Under the pieces are notes generated by a model, which saw only the letters and a program-made list of their open reading frames with translations, had not been told where the DNA came from and searched no databases. From an uncultured bacterium (GTDB lineage: Bacteria; Oederibacteriota; Oederibacteriia; Oederibacteriales; Oederibacteriaceae), in contig OZ218778.1 in NCBI GenBank assembly GCA_965112635.1, positions 2,144,001 through 2,208,000 on the forward strand: a DNA stretch of 64,000 nucleotides. The letters run 5' to 3'. Positions 36,977-46,500 of this stretch are shown one piece after another; the stretch's first letter is position 1; the number at the start of each line of letters is the position of its first letter. The translations under genes and the position numbers were made by a program.

Positions 36977-39946
36977 TTATTCAGTAATTTTTTCTAATTT
37001 CAGCTTATTTTTGGGCATTTCTTGAGTAGCTTTTAGTAGCTTATCCTCATTGGCAATAACACACACACCTCCCTTATGATGGCTGGCTTCTAATACCTTT
37101 AGTAAAGCATTTTTTACCTTAGCTGTAGTGGAAGATATTATCACGGCATATCGTTTTTCCCGTTTAATAGGAGTTTCGCCAGCTAGGTGACGCCATAAAG
37201 CGGTTGTAGTGGCTTGCTCTGGTCTAATAGGTCGATCGAATGATTTGGCTGTACTTATAATAGCTCGGGATATCTCGCTTTTATTCCAAGATTGGCGGTT
37301 CACATATTGGAAAGTGTTTTCAAAAATATCCAATGTCTTTTTTACCCACGGATCCCTGAAAGAAAAGAAGGAAAGAGAGCCGTCTGCCGCTGAATACCTG
37401 CAATTCCCGCCGTAAGCACCTCCCTTTATCCTTATTTCTTCAAAGAAGTATCCAAGGTCTAGTAAATGAGAGCCGACTTCTAGGAATGGGGAATGAGGGG
37501 ATGAAATGGGTGGGGCTGGAATAACTTTTGCGCAAAAGGCAACTTCAAGAGGAGCGCTCAATCCTTCCCATAGGCTAACCGGTTTTGAGGTTAATAAACA
37601 TGGATATTTCGGGATTGGTCTATGGCGCATTTGTTTTAACCAGTTGCTTAATGTTTCTGATAACCGGGGATAGATCTTATCGGAGCCCGTGAAACTTATT
37701 GTAATCCGATTGTTATTTAGCATGAAGTCGCGGATATTTAAAATTGAATTTGTTATCTCTGGGCAGTGTTTATCAAAATGGTCAGTCAGCTTGCAGACGA
37801 GCCGGTATTGTTCCAAGCCAGTCATTGTTTCTGATAGCAAAAAACTAGGGGAGAGGGCACGAGAGGCGCGCGACAGAGCCATGCCTAGAGGGTTTTGGGT
37901 TATGGCAGCGTGTAGAGAGGTTTTATATTGGATCAAAACGTTTTTGAGCCGGTGAGTGTCTTTGGGTTCCATTTCAAAAAATAAATCTCTCAAAAGAGAC
38001 AAGGCATCGAAGATTTTGTCGTCAACCGATTTCAGTGAGAACACTGAATAATGCAGAGGGGTTGAGAGATGATCAGCATGAGAAGTGAGAATGGAATGGA
38101 ATCCAATGCCGCCTGTACACGCTGCTTTTTGCTGGGCTAATTTGATGTAGTCTTTACCTGCTGCACCCATTTTGCGGATGCATTCGCCATAAAGAGGCAG
38201 ATATGCGTAAAGATGAGCGGGAAGGCCGTTTAAATTAACTGCAATTTGTAGGTAGTTTATGCCATTAGCGAAGATGTTATTTTTTAGGATAACATTTTGG
38301 CCATTGAGGTAGTTCAGTGATATGGGAATGTGTTTGGGTTTCGAGGGTAAGTCCTTGATGCGAAGGTGGGGCAGGGCGGCTACCCTTTCCGGGGGATTAG
38401 GGGTGTTTTGTAGCTTTTCCAGAGCCTCAGATTGGCAGGCTAGTTTTTGCAGCTCGGCATGGGATAAAGAGGATTTAAACTGGGTTAATTTATCCGAAAG
38501 TCTTCGTTCTTTTTTTTGGCCGAGATAAGGATCAGGAATAAAGGTCATGGTCAGACGATGGGGATTTTTAAGAAGTCGTTCCGTGATGATTGTGCTAAAC
38601 AACGAAGGATTCTTGCGGTAACGGATTTTCAGGTCATCTAGGAGCTTGTTTCCCTGAAGCAATAAAAGGGGATCGGGTAGGTAATTCCAGGCTGCGAAAA
38701 CGTTTTCCATTATATTTAACGGATAAAGGGAAGTCACTTCCGATATCGAATAGGACATTTGGTGGAAAGCTGATTCGACCTGTTCTGGGGACAGACCCTG
38801 CCTCGCGATGGTTTGCAGGGTTTCAAGAACCAGCCGGACCATTTTATCCCGATATTTAAGGTTACTTCCCCTTAACCCCACCGCGAATACGGTTTCTAGA
38901 ATGCCTCCAGAATAGCCTGAATAGAAGAGGTCTCGCCCCAATTTGGAATCAATAAGAGCTTTTCTAAGCGGGGCGGCTTGGTGACCCACTAAGATCAATT
39001 CCAAAATCTCCATTTCCATGTTCCGGGCAGGATCCCCTCCATTGTCCAAAAGCCAGTTGATATAGATAAAAGTCTTTCTTTTGGTTCGTTCCCCTGGAGA
39101 AACGGCATAGTATTCTTTGCCTAGTCTCGGTTTTACCCAGTGTTTTTGTTTTGGTATGGACAGATGCTGAGGTTTCCGATTGGATGGACGCAGTTTTTTG
39201 TTTAAAAATTCCAAATGTTTGATGGTAGGAATATTACCGTAAATAAAGATTTTGGCGTTAGAGGGATGATAAAATTTTCTATAAAAACGTGTAAAGTCGC
39301 TGTATTGCAGATTGGGGATTTCTTCGGGATCTCCCCCTGATTCTTTTCCGTAAACCGAGTTGGGAAAGAGCCGTTTGAAGGTCTGGCGTATCACCAAATT
39401 ATCCGGGCTGGAAAAGACACCCTTCATTTCGTTATAGACTATCCCTTTATAGATGAGAGGGCTTTGCGGGTTGTTTTTCTCGCTAAATTCGATGTGGATA
39501 CCTTCTTGTTTGAAGGTATTTTCAGTGAGGTTAGGGTGAAAGACCGCATCGCAATAGACATCGGCCAGATTAAAAAAATCCTTTTCAACATTGCTGGCTA
39601 GGGGGTAAACGGTTCGATCCGGATAGGTGTGGGCGTTAAGGTAGGTCGCCATGCTCATTTTGAGCATTTCCACGAACGGGTCTTTTACCTTATATTTGCG
39701 GGAACCTCCCAAAACCGAGTGCTCTAGGATATGGGGAAGACCAAAGTTATCCTTTGGCAAGGTCATAAAACCTATAGCAAAAAGGTTTTCCGTGTCAGAG
39801 CAGCACAAATGAAAGAGTTGCGCGCCTGTTTTTATATGCACAAACTCATAAGCGGTTGCTCGTAGTCGAGGCAGTTCAGTTACTTTCTTGAGTAAAAAAC
39901 CGTGTTGTTGCTGACCGGGCTTCATTGAAAGAGAGTTATCGGACAT
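36977..39946 (-). CDS. M16C insulinase-family (PreP-like) peptidase
   Basis: HILEHSVL inverted zincin, LNAHTYPDRTVYP, GIVYNEMKG, IRIKGGAYG, SFRDP. Confidence 0.93.
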   Translation of the reverse strand: MSDNSLSMKPGQQQHGFLLKKVTELPRLRATAYEFVHIKTGAQLFHLCCSDTENLFAIGFMTLPKDNFGLPHILEHSVLGGSRKYKVKDPFVEMLKMSMATYLNAHTYPDRTVYPLASNVEKDFFNLADVYCDAVFHPNLTENTFKQEGIHIEFSEKNNPQSPLIYKGIVYNEMKGVFSSPDNLVIRQTFKRLFPNSVYGKESGGDPEEIPNLQYSDFTRFYRKFYHPSNAKIFIYGNIPTIKHLEFLNKKLRPSNRKPQHLSIPKQKHWVKPRLGKEYYAVSPGERTKRKTFIYINWLLDNGGDPARNMEMEILELILVGHQAAPLRKALIDSKLGRDLFYSGYSGGILETVFAVGLRGSNLKYRDKMVRLVLETLQTIARQGLSPEQVESAFHQMSYSISEVTSLYPLNIMENVFAAWNYLPDPLLLLQGNKLLDDLKIRYRKNPSLFSTIITERLLKNPHRLTMTFIPDPYLGQKKERRLSDKLTQFKSSLSHAELQKLACQSEALEKLQNTPNPPERVAALPHLRIKDLPSKPKHIPISLNYLNGQNVILKNNIFANGINYLQIAVNLNGLPAHLYAYLPLYGECIRKMGAAGKDYIKLAQQKAACTGGIGFHSILTSHADHLSTPLHYSVFSLKSVDDKIFDALSLLRDLFFEMEPKDTHRLKNVLIQYKTSLHAAITQNPLGMALSRASRALSPSFLLSETMTGLEQYRLVCKLTDHFDKHCPEITNSILNIRDFMLNNNRITISFTGSDKIYPRLSETLSNWLKQMRHRPIPKYPCLLTSKPVSLWEGLSAPLEVAFCAKVIPAPPISSPHSPFLEVGSHLLDLGYFFEEIRIKGGAYGGNCRYSAADGSLSFFSFRDPWVKKTLDIFENTFQYVNRQSWNKSEISRAIISTAKSFDRPIRPEQATTTALWRHLAGETPIKREKRYAVIISSTTAKVKNALLKVLEASHHKGGVCVIANEDKLLKATQEMPKNKLKLEKITE

Positions 39947-39982
39947 GACCTTCTTGTCCTTTAATAGTTTTTTTAGGGGCGT

Positions 39983-40681
39983 TTACCGAAGTTTCAGATA
40001 TAGTTTAAAAAGTTCTTTGAATGCCCGCAAGATAACGGAGATTTTGGCGCCGGTTTGTTTTCCTGCTGTCCGGGGGTAATGATGTACCCCTGTTTCTTCA
40101 ATAGTGAAGCCGGCCTTTTTAGCCCTGGCCAGAAGTTCGGTGCTGATCATGGCTCCTTTGGCCTCAAGGGTCATATTGCCCAAAACTTTACGCTTGATTA
40201 GTTTGAAGGCGCAATCCACGTCCCGGATGCCTAGGTGAAATAGTAAATTAACCAGCCTGCCCCAGCAAAAAGCGTTGAGTCGGCGGTGCCAAGGGTCTTG
40301 GCGCTTGATGCGGAATCCTACGGCTAAATCACAGCGCGCCATTAGAGGTAACAGTTTATGTATCTCAGAGACATCAAATTGGCCGTCCCCGTCAGTAAAA
40401 AAAACATAATCATACTTCGCGCTGAAAAGGCCTGTTTTGACCGCCGCGCCATATCCCTGGTTGACTTTATGTGAAATGAGTTTTATGTGGGGGTTTTTCC
40501 GGTGCAGCTTTGCTGCCACCGCGGCGGTCCTATCTTTGCTGCCGTCATTGACCACGATGATCTCGTAGGTCGAGGTCAATGACCGGAGCACCTTGGTGGT
40601 CTTCAGAGCTAACCTTTCTATATTCGATTCTTCATTATAAGTGGGGAAAAAAGCAGAGATGGACATTGTCTTCAATAGCAA
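39983..40681 (-). CDS. GT2 family glycosyltransferase
   Basis: FFPTYNE, VNDGSKD, GYGAA, FTDGDGQFD, DVDCAFKL. Confidence 0.9.
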   Translation of the reverse strand: MLLKTMSISAFFPTYNEESNIERLALKTTKVLRSLTSTYEIIVVNDGSKDRTAAVAAKLHRKNPHIKLISHKVNQGYGAAVKTGLFSAKYDYVFFTDGDGQFDVSEIHKLLPLMARCDLAVGFRIKRQDPWHRRLNAFCWGRLVNLLFHLGIRDVDCAFKLIKRKVLGNMTLEAKGAMISTELLARAKKAGFTIEETGVHHYPRTAGKQTGAKISVILRAFKELFKLYLKLR

Positions 40682-40783
40682 AACCCCTTTTATCTTGCTA
40701 ATATCTAAATGATTGCCATTACTATACCTTAAGGTTGACTTTAGGTTAAGAGATTTTTCCTGGTACCTGGAGGAACAGATTAG

Positions 40784-41701
40784 ATGGTCAGGAATATTGT
40801 GATAGTTGGCTCAGGCGCAGCTGGCTATACTGCGGCTATTTACAGTTCCCGGGCGAATTTAAAACCTATTCTCTATGCCGGGCCACAATTGGGAGGCCAA
40901 TTGACCATTACCTCGGAAGTAGAAAACTTTCCAGGTTTTCCAGAAGGTATCTTAGGTCCTGAGCTGATGGCTCGCTTTGAACAGCAGGCAAGAAAATTCG
41001 GAACAGAAATCGTCATGGAACAGATCAGCCAGGTGAATTTCAAGGTGTCTCCCTTTGTTTTGACTGAAAGCAGCGGCAAGACTGTTCAGGCACGTACTGT
41101 TATCGTGAGTACGGGCGCTTCAGCCCAGATTTTGGGTCTTCCCTCGGAAAAGCGGCTGTTCGGGCATGGTGTCTCCGCTTGCGCTACCTGTGACGGATTC
41201 TTTTTCAAGGGCAAGGATGTTGTTGTGGTTGGCGGCGGTGATACCGCCATGGAAGACGCCAACTTTCTGACAAAATTTGCCCAACATGTCACGATCATCC
41301 ATCGACGGGACCAGTTCAGGGCTAGTAAGTTCATGCTAGAAAGAAGCCGGAATAACCCAAAGATATCTTTTAACCTGAACTCAGTTGTTGAAGATATTTT
41401 GGGAGACAAAACAATTCAGGGTTTGCGGATCAAAGACACAAAAACAATGGAAACAAAAGAAATTTTATGCGGTGGTTTATTTGTGGCCATTGGCCATAAA
41501 CCTAATACAGAATTTTTAAGGGGACAATTAGAACTCAACAAAAAAGGTTATGTGGTCACGAAAGGGGGCTCAAAAACCAGTGTTTCGGGGATATTCGCTG
41601 CGGGAGATTGCGCCGACCATGTATATAGGCAGGCTGTTACGGCAGCTGGAACGGGTTGTATGGCTGCTTTGGAAGCTGAGGATTATCTGGAAGGTCAATA
41701 A
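40784..41701 (+). CDS. trxB: Thioredoxin-disulfide reductase
   Basis: GSGAAGYTAA, VENFPGF, CATC, VGGGDTA, HRRD, FAAGD, QAVTAAG. Confidence 0.97.
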   Translation: MVRNIVIVGSGAAGYTAAIYSSRANLKPILYAGPQLGGQLTITSEVENFPGFPEGILGPELMARFEQQARKFGTEIVMEQISQVNFKVSPFVLTESSGKTVQARTVIVSTGASAQILGLPSEKRLFGHGVSACATCDGFFFKGKDVVVVGGGDTAMEDANFLTKFAQHVTIIHRRDQFRASKFMLERSRNNPKISFNLNSVVEDILGDKTIQGLRIKDTKTMETKEILCGGLFVAIGHKPNTEFLRGQLELNKKGYVVTKGGSKTSVSGIFAAGDCADHVYRQAVTAAGTGCMAALEAEDYLEGQ

Positions 41702-41717
41702 TTTACGGAGGATACCT

Positions 41718-42182
41718 TTGGCAAGGATCTTATTAATGGCCTTTTTGATAACAGGAGCGATTTTCTGCCTCTGCCAAATGGCTCAGGCGCAGGACACTTC
41801 GACCGCTACGGCAACAGCGACCTCTACTGAAACCCCGACTTTTACTGCCACTTCCACTGTGACAATCGTCCCGACTCCTTTGCCCACCCAGATTCCAGTA
41901 TCTTTAGACCAGGTTAGGGTCTATCCAAACATTATTACAAATTTCCAGCCTGGACAAAGTCGCGTGACTGTTGATCAGCTTCCCATCCAATGTGAGATTA
42001 CTGTATATAACATTAATTGGGATAAGATATTTTCTTTTTCCACCTCTGATGCTACTAATGGTAACGTGCGTTGGTTTCTCCAAAATATGAACGGTTCTTA
42101 TGTTGCTTCTGGTCTCTATTTCATTGCTTTAACAGATGGTCGAGGAGATCGGAAAATCAAGAAACTAATTTTAGCGAGATGA
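41718..42182 (+). CDS. Small secreted Thr-rich protein with FlgD-Ig/T9SS-like C-terminal domain
   Basis: TTG after GGAGG; signal peptide ending AQA; TSTATATATSTETPTFTATST; VYPN..ITVYN..WFLQNMNGSYVASGLYF..KKLILAR. Confidence 0.75.
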   Translation: MARILLMAFLITGAIFCLCQMAQAQDTSTATATATSTETPTFTATSTVTIVPTPLPTQIPVSLDQVRVYPNIITNFQPGQSRVTVDQLPIQCEITVYNINWDKIFSFSTSDATNGNVRWFLQNMNGSYVASGLYFIALTDGRGDRKIKKLILAR

Positions 42183-42199
42183 ACAAAGGAATTAACGCG

Positions 42200-43135
42200 A
42201 TGGGGAAGAAAAGCCTGCTTTTTTATTTATGCTTTGTATTGTTTTTTGTAGATCAAAATGCCTTTTGTGCGGATCCGGGTACAACAATAGCGCCTTTTCT
42301 GAAGATTGGAGTAGGCGCAAGGGCCACTGGAATGGGTGAAGCGTTTACTGCCGTCGCTGACGACGTGGATGCCATTTTTTGGAATCCAGCCGGCTTGCCT
42401 TCTCTAGATAAACAACAAGCTACCTATATGCGGAATGCTTGGGGACAGGATGTTTATATGGACCATTTTGCCTATGCTAATCCGTTAGGCCATTACGGCG
42501 TTCTGGGGGGTTCCCTCAATTATCTGTGGCTGCCAAGTTTTGAGGCGACTTCCGATAATATGCCGAATGGAACTGGTGAAAATCTGTCTGTTTATAACCT
42601 TGCGGTTACCATTAGTTATGGCTATCAGTTTTTCCCGGAACATAACCTGGGAATTAATTTCAAGATAATCCAAATGGAGTTGGGTCCCTACAACGCCACA
42701 GGATGGGCAATCGACCTGGGTTACCTGTATAAGCCCTATTTATTTCCTTCTTTGCAGCTTGGAGCCACAGTGGAAAATCTAGGTCCTGATGTGCAATTCA
42801 TCTCTGATCTGGAGCGCCTCCCTTTGTTAAGCAGGTGGGGAGCCTATTATAAGTTGTTCAAGGGAGATGAACATCGATTAGGTTTGGCTTCTGACCTAGT
42901 TGCGGGCGTGGAGATCGATCCCTACCTTAGCATGGGTATGGAGTATTGGTATAAAGATACAATCGCTTTGCGTTTAGGATATAAAGCCCAGGAGTATTCT
43001 CCAGGAATAACCCTTGGAATAGGATTGAGAAATTTTGAAGAAAATTTTATAGCCGGTATTGATTATTCATTCGTCAATGAAGACAGTCAGGGCTTGTCCG
43101 GAGCAAACCGTTTCTCAGTAATTTCAGAATTTTAA
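42200..43135 (+). CDS. PorV/PorQ (UPF0164)-like outer-membrane beta-barrel
   Basis: Signal peptide; GTTIAPFLKIGVGARATGMGEAFTAVADD..FWNPAGL; AIDLG; GMEYWY; ALRLGY; DYS..NRFS..F C-terminus. Confidence 0.9.
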   Translation: MGKKSLLFYLCFVLFFVDQNAFCADPGTTIAPFLKIGVGARATGMGEAFTAVADDVDAIFWNPAGLPSLDKQQATYMRNAWGQDVYMDHFAYANPLGHYGVLGGSLNYLWLPSFEATSDNMPNGTGENLSVYNLAVTISYGYQFFPEHNLGINFKIIQMELGPYNATGWAIDLGYLYKPYLFPSLQLGATVENLGPDVQFISDLERLPLLSRWGAYYKLFKGDEHRLGLASDLVAGVEIDPYLSMGMEYWYKDTIALRLGYKAQEYSPGITLGIGLRNFEENFIAGIDYSFVNEDSQGLSGANRFSVISEF

Positions 43136-43161
43136 GGCTTTGATTTTAGGGAAAGAAAATA

Positions 43162-43584
43162 ATGAAGAAATTAGAGTTGATAATTTTGGTTCTTCTTTTT
43201 TTAGGAAAGTTATCCTGTGATGCGAAAGACATACAAATCATTTTAAAAGGACAGAGGTCGTTTAATATCCAGGCAACTGTTGCGGATAATGATGAATTGC
43301 GAGAAAAAGGCTTGATGCTCCAGAGGATCCTGCCAAAACATTCTGGCATGCTTTTTGTTTTCAATAAGCAAGGTGTTTATCGTTTCTGGATGAAAAACAC
43401 CTATCTGCCTTTAACTATAATTTTTCTTGATATCCGGAAGCGGGTGGTAGGGATCCAGGATATGGAACCTTTGAATGAGGCCAAGCGATACTTCCCTGAA
43501 AAGTCTTTTCTATACGCTTTGGAAATAAATCAGAAAATTGCAAAGAGAATAGGTCTCAAAAAAGGCGATCTAGTAGATTTTTGA
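43162..43584 (+). CDS. DUF192 family protein
   Basis: REKGLM, GMLFVF, FWMKNTYLPL, YALEIN. Confidence 0.92.
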   Translation: MKKLELIILVLLFLGKLSCDAKDIQIILKGQRSFNIQATVADNDELREKGLMLQRILPKHSGMLFVFNKQGVYRFWMKNTYLPLTIIFLDIRKRVVGIQDMEPLNEAKRYFPEKSFLYALEINQKIAKRIGLKKGDLVDF

Positions 43585-43660
43585 GGTTTAATAATTTAAT
43601 AGATTCTATGATTTTTCATATTGCAGGAGATGGTGACAAATCCTTTTTTATATAGAATTG

Positions 43661-43669
43661 TGCTATAAT
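43661..43669 (+). promoter_or_regulatory. Extended -10 promoter element
   Basis: TGcTATAAT about 37 bp upstream of the ATG at 43706. Confidence 0.45.
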
Positions 43670-43705
43670 CCACTAAATCAAACGAAAAATAATTCGGAGC
43701 ATTAA

Positions 43706-45418
43706 ATGATCAAAAATTGTAGCAAATTGTTATTTATTATCTTGTTTTTTGTATCAATCTTGTCTCCTCTTTCCGCTTTTTCATTAAATAGCCAAATAAA
43801 TTCCAGCGGAAAGATCATATTTGTTTCTGACCGTGATACTACCAAAGAAATTTACATGATGGACGATACCGGTTCAAACCAGAAGAGGATCACCATCAAT
43901 AGTTATGGCAATTGGTCTCCCAGCTGGTCGCCCGTGGGAAACAGGTTGGTTTTTTACTCTAACCGCGATGGAAACTTTCAGATTTATACCATGCTCAATG
44001 ATGGGGCTGACCAAAAAAGATTGCGCAGGAACGGCTTCTCAGAAACCAGCCCGGTTTGGTCTCCCCAGGGAGATAAAATTGCCTTTATTTCGGATGCTAT
44101 GGGTTCAGAATGTCTTTGGGTCATGTCGGCGGATGGAACCAGTGCTACAGTACTTAATCCTAATGACAAAGGATGCAATTCCCCAGCTTGGTCTCCGGAT
44201 GGGACCAAGATCGCTTTCCAAAAAAAGGTCGGCGTACACAACGGGTTAGCGATAGTCCCAGTCAAAGGGGGTCCAGAGGAAATGATTATGAGCGGTGAGG
44301 CCGATTACGACCAGCCGGCCTGGTCGCCAGATGGTGAGGTTCTGGCCTACGTGGTGACCAAAGGTATTTGGATGCCTTCCACCAAAGAGGTTAAAACCAT
44401 CTCTAATATTTTTGTTGCTCAGGCTAAAGATTCTTGGAAGAAGCAAAAGAAAATCACTTTTCAGGGCAATAATTCTCATCCTTGCTGGTATCCAGATGGG
44501 GAAAAGATCGTTTTCCAGTCGGATAGAAAGGGGTACTGGGCACTTTATGAATCCACCCCGGACGGCCAGCACCAGAAAAAGATTACGGAATCAATGGCCA
44601 TTGAGCAGACGCCGCAGGTTTCGCCAGACGGCAAGAAGATTGCATTCACTTATCATTTATATAAAGCGTCACAGATATCCATATTAGAGACAGCCACCGG
44701 GGAGGTTCTCAATATCACTAATCCTGCCTACGACCATGTTTATCCCCACTGGAGTACAAATCCCGAGGAATTCGTCTATACCAGTTTTGAAAAGAAATTC
44801 GGATCGATTTCCAGAGCTAACATATCTGGTGTCATTGTTGATAGTGAGGAATCTGTAGACGGCGACCAGCTTGGGCCTATGGAAACACCGGATCAAAAGT
44901 TTTACGTTTATTCTTGGAGTTCAAATGGAAACGGCCAAATTGTATTGATGGATAAGGTGACACGCAAAACAATCAATTTGAGCAACAATAACTTTGACGA
45001 AAGAAATCCCTCAGTTACCTTTGATGGAAGCCAGATCTTTTTTGACAGCAACCGTTCAGGAAAGTATCAGATCTACCGTATCAATATCGACGGGACTTTC
45101 CCTACCGTTTTAAGTGACAGTAAGGCCAATGACCGCCACCCGGTTCTTTCGCCGGATATGACCACGGTCGTTTTTTATTCGGACAGGGACGGCAACGCAG
45201 AAATATACACTTTGAACCTCAATACCCATGCATTAACCAGGTTAACCAATAATTCCGCCTGGGATGGGGATCCCAGTTGGTCTCCGGAAGGGGATTCGAT
45301 CGTTTTCGTGTCCAATAGGGACAGCCGTTTCCAGATTTACAAGATGAAGGCGGATGGAACCAATCTGATTAATCTTTCCAATGACCCCTGGAATGACCTG
45401 CAACCCTTCTGGCATTAA
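43706..45418 (+). CDS. Secreted TolB-like double beta-propeller (PD40 repeats)
   Basis: Signal peptide; many P-x-WSPDG-x-x-I-x-F-x-S-x-R-x-G repeats. Confidence 0.88.
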   Translation: MIKNCSKLLFIILFFVSILSPLSAFSLNSQINSSGKIIFVSDRDTTKEIYMMDDTGSNQKRITINSYGNWSPSWSPVGNRLVFYSNRDGNFQIYTMLNDGADQKRLRRNGFSETSPVWSPQGDKIAFISDAMGSECLWVMSADGTSATVLNPNDKGCNSPAWSPDGTKIAFQKKVGVHNGLAIVPVKGGPEEMIMSGEADYDQPAWSPDGEVLAYVVTKGIWMPSTKEVKTISNIFVAQAKDSWKKQKKITFQGNNSHPCWYPDGEKIVFQSDRKGYWALYESTPDGQHQKKITESMAIEQTPQVSPDGKKIAFTYHLYKASQISILETATGEVLNITNPAYDHVYPHWSTNPEEFVYTSFEKKFGSISRANISGVIVDSEESVDGDQLGPMETPDQKFYVYSWSSNGNGQIVLMDKVTRKTINLSNNNFDERNPSVTFDGSQIFFDSNRSGKYQIYRINIDGTFPTVLSDSKANDRHPVLSPDMTTVVFYSDRDGNAEIYTLNLNTHALTRLTNNSAWDGDPSWSPEGDSIVFVSNRDSRFQIYKMKADGTNLINLSNDPWNDLQPFWH

Positions 45419-45430
45419 GTCGAGACGCTC

Positions 45431-46384
45431 ATGAGAAGGAAACCCTTCCTCTTTATCTCAGTTATTGTGGTCACAATAATCCTGATCTTTACCGCCTATG
45501 AGGGTTTGAAAACAGTTCTTGCCCTTAAGGGAACCCGGAGTTTGAGCAAAAGTCTTTTGGGTAAAAAGATCGTGGTAATCAATCTCTTCGGGGAGATCGG
45601 CGAGGGGACGGCCCGCCAGATCATGGAGTCTCTGGATAAATATATCGACGATGATTTGACCAGCGCGGTAGTGCTGCGCATCGATTCGCCGGGAGGCACC
45701 GTGGCTGCGTCGCAGGAAATTTACGAAGAGATACAGAAATTCAAGAAGTCAGGCAAAAAAGTCGTAGCGTCGATCGCTGATATGGGTGCGTCGGGTGGAT
45801 ATTACGTTGCTTGTTCGGCGGACAAGATTATGGCTGACGAGGGGAGTATCACGGGATCCATCGGCGTGATCGCCGAGTTTTCTAACCTGGAAGGACTTAT
45901 CAAGAAAATCGGCGTGAAGTTTGAGGTGATAAAGAGCGGCGATTACAAGGATGCTGGTTCGCCCTGGAGATCATTGACAAAGAAAGAAAAGGGTCTTTTT
46001 GAGGCGACGGTCAACGATCTTTATGAACAGTTCGTCGGGGCGGTCATTTTGGGCCGCCAAAACGCTTTTAAAGCATTTATTGCCAAACAAAGCAACGTTC
46101 CCTCAAAAGAGGTTAATCCCGAACAGATCCGGGATATGGTTCATTCCCTTGCTAAAGGCCAGATATTTTCCGGGAAAGAGGCTTGCCGCCTGGGTTTGAT
46201 CGATTCTGTGGGGGACCTCAACGACGCAGTGGATCTTGCTGCCCGATTAGCGGGTATTGTGGGCAAACCGATCCTGGTCAACGAAAAGAAAAAATTTTCT
46301 ATCTTTGGTCTTTTGGACAGCCTGAGTCAGTTCCCGAAGTTAGCCTCTCCTTCCCAAACCTACATTGGATATCGGCTTTATTAA
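45431..46384 (+). CDS. sppA: Signal peptide peptidase SppA (36K type)
   Basis: LRIDSPGG, GASGGYY, TGSIGV, KSGDYKD. Confidence 0.93.
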   Translation: MRRKPFLFISVIVVTIILIFTAYEGLKTVLALKGTRSLSKSLLGKKIVVINLFGEIGEGTARQIMESLDKYIDDDLTSAVVLRIDSPGGTVAASQEIYEEIQKFKKSGKKVVASIADMGASGGYYVACSADKIMADEGSITGSIGVIAEFSNLEGLIKKIGVKFEVIKSGDYKDAGSPWRSLTKKEKGLFEATVNDLYEQFVGAVILGRQNAFKAFIAKQSNVPSKEVNPEQIRDMVHSLAKGQIFSGKEACRLGLIDSVGDLNDAVDLAARLAGIVGKPILVNEKKKFSIFGLLDSLSQFPKLASPSQTYIGYRLY

Positions 46385-46393
46385 TAACACACC

Positions 46394-46433
46394 AAAGGAA
46401 CTGAATAAGGAAAAACAAAACAGTTCCTTTTTT
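46394..46433 (+). terminator. Intrinsic terminator after sppA
   Basis: AAAGGAACTG / CAGTTCCTTT 10-bp stem followed by a T-run. Confidence 0.55.
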
Positions 46434-46500
46434 AAACCAACTGGATGATTGTTTTCTCGGAAGATTCAGTCGGGATTCGTGACTTGAACAGCGGAGAAGA

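Noticed and set aside
36977-39946. Bacterial PreP-like M16C peptidase on the opposite strand
   Set aside because: The family is widespread in bacteria and no mobility signatures flank it.
46060-46140. About 20 extra residues in SppA with short hairpins
   Set aside because: Stems are only 4-6 bp and the peptide looks like a normal helix; not comparable to the priA insert.
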